64,000 nucleotides of DNA from positions 23,746,001 to 23,810,000 of the forward strand of contig OX597818.1 of the NCBI GenBank assembly GCA_951406725.2. The letters run 5' to 3'. Source of the stretch: Octopus vulgaris (lineage: Eukaryota). Of this stretch, positions 56,099-64,000 are shown piece after piece (the stretch's first letter is position 1; every line of letters begins with the position of its first letter). Under the pieces are notes generated by a model. It was not told the DNA's origin, did no database searches, and was given only the letters and a program-made list of their open reading frames with translations. Both the position numbers and the translations under genes were made by a program.

Positions 56099-56525
56099 GG
56101 ATCTTTTCGGTTTGAACGGCAGTTTTTTAAAATAATTTCCACGTAACTAAACACTTTTAAACTTCGTATACTGGTAGAATGTGTTTATAAAACATCTTTT
56201 TCCCTTGGCTTTATTGAGAAAATTCTATAGTTTGTAAGATATTTGTTGTTTTTTTCTTCAATTTCTGCAATTTCAAATAATCACTGACGTTCATTGAGGT
56301 AAACAACATTCTGTGCCGTATGAATATGTCCCTCGTTTAAACAACAGATTGGGTTTATTTACATTTGTGAAGAAAAAAAGATACCCTTCCCCCCACCCCT
56401 AACCCTAACCCTGACTAATCCTAAAATAGATTGAAATGCAATAGATCGATACTAGGGTCATAATTATGGGTGACAATTTCATATGACACCGCTAGAAAAA
56501 ACTGCCGTTCAAACCGAAAAGATCC
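56099..56525. mobile_element. MITE with 29-bp GG-starting TIRs (Merlin-like)
   Basis: GGATCTTTTCGGTTTGAACGGCAGTTTTT / AAAAACTGCCGTTCAAACCGAAAAGATCC; second copy at 62739. Confidence 0.85.
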
Positions 56526-57499
56526 GAAGATACATCTCCTCGCAGAAGGATCGAACCCAAAACCACGTAGTTGCGAAACAGACTTCTGAGTCACACAGCC
56601 AAGTATTCCCCTATTTAAGATCAGTCACTCAATATTTATGACAACTGTATGTATAAAACATTGCTATAATATAAACAGCTTAACGTTAATGTTGATATAA
56701 AGGGAATGGATTTTTATTTATTGGTTGCTTGTTTTATTTTATTTTATTTCGTTTAGTTTTCCAGGATCCAATGCTTAGAGAAAATAAAATCGTAAACGAG
56801 AAAGAAAACACTCGAGAAGTGGAATGCTGAGCATGAAGTGGATAAGGGTATAGATTTTCAACTGATTATAATGAAGATCGTTGATTAAAGAAAGGGGAGA
56901 ATGATTGAAAGAGATAGTAACACCCTAAGGGACATTCTAAGTTGATCGCTCTACAGAGATTAGGTAGGGGCGAGATATTCTAGTAAATAAAAAATCTAAA
57001 TTCCATAAAATGTAGGTTTAACAATTATATTATCATTGCATACGTTTAGCTGAATTTTTTTTTTTTTTTTTTGGTACTACTCGTACACAAGCGCACAAGC
57101 ACAAACCTACATGCGTACATACATACATACATATTTATGTATGTATGTGTGTGCGTCTATATATATGTGGTGTGTATATATATGTGTGTGTGTGTATATA
57201 CCCACATACACACACACAAATAGATATATGTTTTTCTACCTATTATATACATTATATTATTTTTGTAATTTACTTACTCTTTACTTTTTAATTGTTATTT
57301 TAATTTTAACTTTTCTATTATATGTAATTTTCTAGATGGTGTAATTTAATTATTCATTTTGAATAGATAAAAGGTGTTTTTTCCTAATATTTTATATATA
57401 TATATATATATACTATATTGTGTGGAATTTGATTTACTATTTCTAAATTGAATTCTTTTCCCTTGTAAGTTTGGATTTTATTCCCTCAAATAATAATAA

Positions 57500-57543
<44 letters not shown>

Positions 57544-58129
57544 AATCCAAACGGGAAACAAAAAAACAACAACAATGGAACAATTACAGTATTATTATTA
57601 ATAGGCGCTCAGGAAATGGAAGCAGGGATATATATATATATATATAATCGTTGCCATTATGCAAAAGTGTAGTAAGTCCAAAACGTTGCTTTTTTTCAGA
57701 AAATGAAAAAATAGTTTCACCATTCCATAGCAAAACCGATTTACTACATTTTGGCAATTTTTTGTATCTTGGCATCTGAAGCAGCTAGAAATACGTTAGT
57801 TTGACCAAAAGGACCCGTTATTGCAAGCAAAAATAAATATTGAAATAAAAACCGCATTTGGCCAAATTTGGACGTACGACAGTTTAACAAAATAGCAACG
57901 ATATACTCACATATGTACGTGTGTGTATGTATATGTGTGTGTGTATGTAGTCTCTTCTATTTTTAATTATTATAAATCGTCCACTGAGGAGGGAGCCGGT
58001 TTCCAACAAAGATACAAGGCTCTATCTTTGGGATGTAGTTAACACAAACAAATTCACATTTGGAATTTAAGGAAAATCTTGCATATTTTTACTGTTCCAC
58101 TCACAGATTGCACTTGTAATGTACGAATT

Positions 58130-59976
58130 AGCCGGTTGATTTCTCTTTCTGAAAATCCGAGTTTATCCAGATTCTCCTTTAAGCATAAACTAACAAAACC
58201 TAGTGCTCCAATTATTATTAGTATGAATATGAATTTATAGTCTGGATATAGGAGCTGAAGGTTTCGAAGTAGTTATCCATAGATATCCTCTTTTTCTTTG
58301 ATTTTCAGAGAGATATTTATATATACAGGGCAGTTAACCTCTATGATGGTACATACCTTTGCCCTTCTGTCCCAAACAACAATATCTGGCCTGTTATAAT
58401 TAAATTTGACAGAGGTTTTGATGGGAATATTCCACCAGTATTCCTTGAGTTGGTTCTTTATGAATGTATACCATAACAGAGGGATTTTCTAAGTTTATTT
58501 CAGGACAGTCTTTTTGTGGATGGCATTGTAAATTGTTTTAACAACAACATCGTGCCGGAGAGGGAGGTAGTACCGTGATGACATTTTAGAACAACTGCTA
58601 ATCACATGCGTAATGTCTTCCATAGAAACATGACATAGCCTACACATGCGGTTGCACCTTGGGACTGCAAGAGCGTCACTGTCTCGCTTATTTTTTTATT
58701 GCCCACAAAGGGCTAAACATAGAGGGGACAAACAAGGACAGATAACGGGATTAAGTCGATTACATCGACCCCAGTGCGTAACTGGTTCTTAATTTATCGA
58801 CCTCGAAAGGATGAAAGGCAAAGTCGACCTCGGCGGAATTTGAACTCAGAACGTAACGGCAGACGAAATACCGCTAAGCATTTCGCCCAGCGTGCTAACG
58901 TTTCTGCCAGCTCGTCACTGTCTCTTGTTCACCTGAAACTTTATTGCAATCTCCTGTTCCTAGATTCCAAATGCATACCCTTCAAAGTGTGATGTGATGT
59001 AGTGGTCTTGTGTCCAAGAGAGGCTGCACCTCGTGTCAATTCTACTGTCTTTTTCAAGCTTCTGGGGAACATACCCATGCATGTTCTTTTTATTGTATGC
59101 TGAGTGCTTTCCATCTAGGTCTTCCCTGAGGTCAGAGAGCCCAGCTGTTTGGGAGCTGTATAGGAGATCATTAGGAAGAGAATGTTTCTTGAGGAGTTCA
59201 CTACCTACTCGTACAATGTTGCTCACTTCGCTTTTCAGCACTGCATTGCTACATATATTTTTGCCGCTGTTGTTTAGCAGGTGCTGCTTGGTGATACCAT
59301 ACGGTATTCGAAGGTCGTTTGCATTGATCTCAGGCCTCTACCATCTTCATTTCTTCTAAGGTAGAGCTTGTCAACATCACTGTTTCTGTGGAAGTTTCCA
59401 GTTGTTGTCGGGATTTTGCGGGATTTGATATCTATACAGTGGATTTCCTCTACAGACCAATCAAGTATCCCAAATATTGGGATCAGCACTGGTACTACAA
59501 ATGTATTGTGGGATATTGTTTTGTTGTAAGAAGAGGGTTCCGACTGCCATATTTTCCTAAGTCTGGTGTAATATTCTCGGGTCACCCTATCTTTATTTGC
59601 CTAGATACTTGTAACATTCTTTGTGTGGATTGGGGGAGATAGAGAGGCCGTTGATGCACAGGTTTGGGGTTTGAGAGACTAACTTTCCTCGTTCTATAAT
59701 CAAATATGAACATCTCTTTTGGCCAAATTCTATACCTATATCACCTGAAAATGTTGTTATTAATCCCAATTGTTTTTTGGCATTGTTAACACTTTTAGCA
59801 TAAATCTTGAGGTCATCTACAAAGAAATTATGAGTTACATTGATATTTCTAGCAGTTGAAGATCCTAGCATATAACTATTTATTTTCTGCAGTAGGAATA
59901 ATAATGGATTCAGTGTCAAAATGAAAAGAGGTACAGAAAGACTATCTCCCTGGAATATTCTCTTTGTAATGCCCAT
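58130..59976 (-). pseudogene. R4/Dong-clade LINE remnant (RT, CCHC, RLE)
   Basis: IFQGDSLS, FVDDLKIYA, YKYLG, LYLRRNEDGRGL, CRLC..EDITHVISSC, RHD, RPDIV, IIIGALG. Confidence 0.85.
58686..58912 (-). mobile_element. SINE family A inserted in the R4 LINE
   Basis: Flanking repeat CGTCACTGTCTC at 58674 and 58913. Confidence 0.88.
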
Positions 59977-61242
59977 ACAATTATTCTGTTCTCAGTTGTA
60001 AGGTGCCGCACTGTTGGACTGAACTTGGAACCATGTAGTTGGGAACACACATCATAAATTCCTAGACTTAAAAATCGTTAGGTTTTTCTAGTTGTTTAAT
60101 GGCTACAGCAGAGTAAAATGGTTTATTTAGAGAGTAAAATCACGTTAACTTTTTATCAAACTAAACGCGATTTGATTGGTAAATGTATGTGGTCAATTTG
60201 ACTAAGAATTAATTTCAATCTACATATACCTCCTAACACAGAAGAGGGGCCGTGGTGAGGGCTGCGAGAAACTGTATTCCACAGCTACCATTTAAAACTG
60301 TATTTGTTTGTTTATTTGATTATAGTTTTCACTCAACCTGAACAAGAAAAATTTGAATCGAATTGCTGAATAAGATGAAACTATAGCAATAAATGATGTT
60401 GTCTGTTTTCTCTCTATCGCATTTGTAATTCTATCTTCCGAAGTTAACCTTTGCTTCATGTTCCCCTCTGGTTTAACGGCCGGCACAACTAACTATCCGG
60501 CGTGATATATGTTTACAAAATCTCCAAATTCTATTTACAAGACAGATGTCAACAAACAGACGTCTTATATTTTATCTTCCTTATCTGTGCCGGTTGTAAA
60601 TTTGTCATTTACTGACAGGAGGCTGTCGTTTGTTAAGCTGTCGGAATTACCAAGGAATACATTAAAACCTCTTCCAAAAAGATTGTTATTTAGATTTCAA
60701 AAGCTTATTTCTTCCAAATGCCTCATTCCTTGCCTCTAAATGCCTATTTATCAACGTCAGTTTATTTTCAAATCTCTACATAGTATATATTTAATACAAA
60801 GAAGTCATTATTTGGCTGTATTTCAAAGAATATCAAATCATTTCTCACCTCTTAAGAATTTCCTAACCGCAGCCAATTGGTTTTGATTTTATCTTGTTGA
60901 TACGACATTGAGAGTCGCACCTGGTCACTCAGACAGAGGTTTCGGACAAAAGGTCAATGGTTCGCACCCCTCTTCCGGTCAACGATTTTCATTTATTTCT
61001 CAAATACTCTTAGCCACTACTTTATAAACGATGCTGTTGTTGTTGTTGTTTATCCTATCTTTTTGTTTTTTGTTGGTTTGTTGTGTTTTTTGGTGGTGTT
61101 TTTTTTCATATCAAGGATTACATTGTCCATCGAATGTATCCTTCTTTATTCAAAGTAGTGGGTAAGGTCTGTGGAAAATTGGCTACTGTTTCTAGCAGAC
61201 CGTGTAATCGCATAGAGTCGCTCTTCTTCCCATCGTATTTCT

Positions 61243-61534
61243 TGTAGCGGAATTATATTCAACAATCATTCGATGTCACGATTCTCTGGAATTGCGAATC
61301 AGCCTGATCAGCGAATCGGAACAGTCACGAGTTCGCCTGGAAAGAAGATTACCCACGTGAACATCAAAATCTAGCCACATCTATCACGCCGAGGTTACTA
61401 GATATAGTTAGATTTTTTTGATCACATGGGTAGTATTCTGTCCAGGCGAAGTCGCGATTGATCCAATTCGCTGATCACGTGGGCAACACTCCAACGAATT
61501 GCGACATCGGGTGACTGCTTAATATTCCGCTACA
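61243..61534. mobile_element. Fold-back MITE with TGT...ACA ends and 4-bp TSD (Ginger-like)
   Basis: TTCT|TGTAGCGGAAT...ATTCCGCTACA|TTCT; the whole element is an imperfect palindrome. Confidence 0.7.
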
Positions 61535-61609
61535 TTCTATATAAATACCACAGAGCAGTGGTTCTTAACCCTTTTGTTTTTGTAGCCTCCCTTCCCGCCT
61601 CTTTAAGTA

Positions 61610-61905
61610 GTTGTTCTCACGGTTGTAAAGATCGTGAGTTCGATTCCTGGTGGCGCGTTGTATCTTTGAGCAAAGCACTTTATTTCACGTTGCTCCAGTC
61701 CACGCCGCAGGCAAAAATAAGTAGTACCAGTATTTCAAAGAGCCAGCCTTGTCAAACCTTGTGTCACGTTGAATCTCCCTGAGAACTACGTTAAGGTTAC
61801 GCGTCTGTGGAATGCTCATCCACTTTCACGTCAACTTCACGATCAAACTGTTCCGTTGATCGGATCTACGGGAACCCTCGTTCCCATAACCGACGGCGTG
61901 TCAGA
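61610..61905 (+). mobile_element. Further tRNA-derived SINE family
   Basis: GAGTTCGATTCC B-box, then CTTTGAGCAAAGCACTTTATTTCACGTTGCTCCAGTCCAC body. Confidence 0.55.
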
Positions 61906-62738
61906 CAAACTAGTTTTAGTCTAGTATCCACCTAAGTAGTGAGTGAGGTATCATGACTAAACTAACTTAACATTTATAATTTGTAAATTTTACTTTGAAA
62001 ATGGATTGTTAAAGCTTTTAACAGTGAAATGATTAAAAAAATTAACGAAGACAAAAGTTGTAAATTAACTTTAAGCATTGCAAGTTAATGATTTCCCTGT
62101 GCTTGATGTGATCTCATTTTGTTTTAATAACCATTACCAGTTTTATCATGTATGTAAAATTTAGTATGTTAATTATGTTACCTCACCGTCCCCTTCGACA
62201 TGTTTAGTGCCTCCTTGGAGCGGTACCGCCCACGCTGAGAACTTTTGCTACAGAGCTAAAAAAACAGCATAAATAACGGGTATTCTGAGAGTTAATAGAA
62301 TTATTCCTATGAGAATAGCTTGGACAGAGATAAAAATACATTTCTCTCTCTCTCTCGCCACACTAACACTCATACACGATACACAGACGTAGTCTACAGT
62401 TGGTGTCTCAACGAGACGATGAGTAATGAGTAACACTTCTACTGAAGAACTCCGGATGCTATAGAATAAAGTGGTTGAGGAGAGGGATTTCACCCCGGGC
62501 GGTGCTTTTAAGGGGGCGGCACCTTTGGGTCTGCAGTATAAGCCTGTATAGGGAGCGGGATGGGGGCGGAAAACTCAAGGGCTTCCCAGAGCGGTACACT
62601 CTAGCTACGCCACTGAATGCAATATAGTTTTAATGTTTGTTTGTAGTAACTTCTAACATTCTTAATAAAACCATGAACGTTACAAAATGTTATTATTCTC
62701 TCCTATAAATGTCATGAGTCTTAATTAGAAAAACTTTG

Positions 62739-63149
62739 GGATCTTTTCGGTTCGACCGGCAGTTTTTTAAAATAATTTCCACGTAACTAAACACTTTTAA
62801 ACTTCGTATGCTGGTAGAATGTGTTTATAAAACATCTTTTTCCCTTGGCTTTATTGAGAAAATTCTATAGCTGGTAAGATATTTGTTGTTGTTTTTTCTT
62901 CAATTTCTGCAATTTCAACCAATCAATGACGTCTATTGAGGTGAAAACATTCTGTGCCGTATGAATATGTCCCTCGTTTAAACAACAGATTGGGTTTATT
63001 TACATTTCTGAAGAAAAAAAGATACCCTTCCCCCCACCCTAACCCTGAAACAGATTGAAATGCAATAGATCGATACTAGGGTTATAATTATGGGTGACAA
63101 TTTCATATGACACCGCTAGAAAAAACTGCCGTTCAAACCGAAAAGATCC
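62739..63149. mobile_element. Merlin-like MITE with 8-bp TSD
   Basis: AAACTTTG at 62731-62738 and 63150-63157; same TIRs as 56099. Confidence 0.88.
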
Positions 63150-63394
63150 AAACTTTGAATGAAATCATGTTTCTTTCTTGAAATATTGGTTTCAAATTTT
63201 GGCATACTCGTGTTTTGGGAGGGGAGGGGGGAGTTCAAGCTAAATATCAACAGCAATAATTTCAAAAGTATGGAGCTATCTTCAAAAAGTTTCTCTATTC
63301 TACTAACTAAATAAAAATTAAAATGGGAGTGTTGAATCTTATTTACTTTTATATCAATATCACAGTGTACTTATTATTCTTTCACGTATATTAA

Positions 63395-63600
63395 GGCGGC
63401 GAGCTGGCAGAATCGTTAGCACGCCAAATAGAAATACTTAGCAGCATTTCGCTCCGATTTACGTTCTTAGTCCAAATTCCACTGTCATTGACTTTGCCAT
63501 TCATCTCATTCGTGGTAGATAAAATAAGCACCAGCGTCGGTGTAATCGGCCATGCTCCTTCCTCGACTTTCAAGCCTTGTACCTATAGCAGAAAGTATTA
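63395..63600 (+). mobile_element. SINE family A, diverged
   Basis: GGCGGCGAGCTGGCAGAATCGTTAGCAC head. Confidence 0.75.
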
Positions 63601-64000
63601 TTTTTTTTGTGCGTATTTAAATCTGCATGCATTAACGGTTGTTTGACTCTGACCTAAGCATATTTTTTTTCTTTGTTAGGGCGGAGTTGAGTAGATTGAA
63701 TGAACTCTCATTAAGAGCTACTCCCAACGGAATTTAAATTTAGAATCAAGAGAAATGGAACTAAATATTTAGTCCAGCAGTCTGCTACTTGTTATTCAAT
63801 CGCATAAAAATTTGTAAAATTTGTTTTTAAAACACATCAAAAAAATTTGAAAAATTATTTCTCACATTAGTAAAAGGCTACAAAATTGCTAGTATGAAAT
63901 CGATTGATGACTGGTACTTATTTTATTGATCTCAGAGAGATGTAAGTTTGTAGTCAGAGAGTAAAGTCAGAGTGAAATTTTTTTAAGCATTTAATCCGAT

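Noticed and set aside
60292-60850. Possible decayed coding sequence
   Set aside because: Multiple stop codons and no motif I can recognise

Overview
AT-rich, microsatellite-saturated eukaryotic genomic DNA. The SINE families and (TA)n/(TACA)n load look like a coleoid cephalopod (Octopus-like) genome; this is inference, not a database result. Almost all ORF-track entries are microsatellite translations. Mobile elements: a near-complete Penelope-like element (PLE, Neptune-type, partial tandem plus inverted pLTR, 11008-17259), several PLE GIY-YIG remnants (three of Naiad type), a CR1-group LINE with an intact 1034-aa APE-RT ORF, R4/Dong and Gypsy remnants, an Hsmar1-like mariner, a Tc1 element, Helitron pieces, Merlin-like and Ginger-like MITEs, and several SINE families. 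The only host-gene signals are a minus-strand signal-peptide exon (5608-5683) and an NRF1/ETS/YY1 motif cluster near 38.9 kb. The most striking pattern is about 13 type-I hammerhead-ribozyme-like folds in about 40 kb, from roughly nine unrelated short elements. Many of these elements are palindromic and sit in (TA)n tracts. The folds show recurrent non-canonical cores (U3:A8, C4, U6, 8-nt cores, very long stem II), and one 363-bp rod-folding element has a central hammerhead. All folds were assigned by eye and need covariance-model and cleavage tests.
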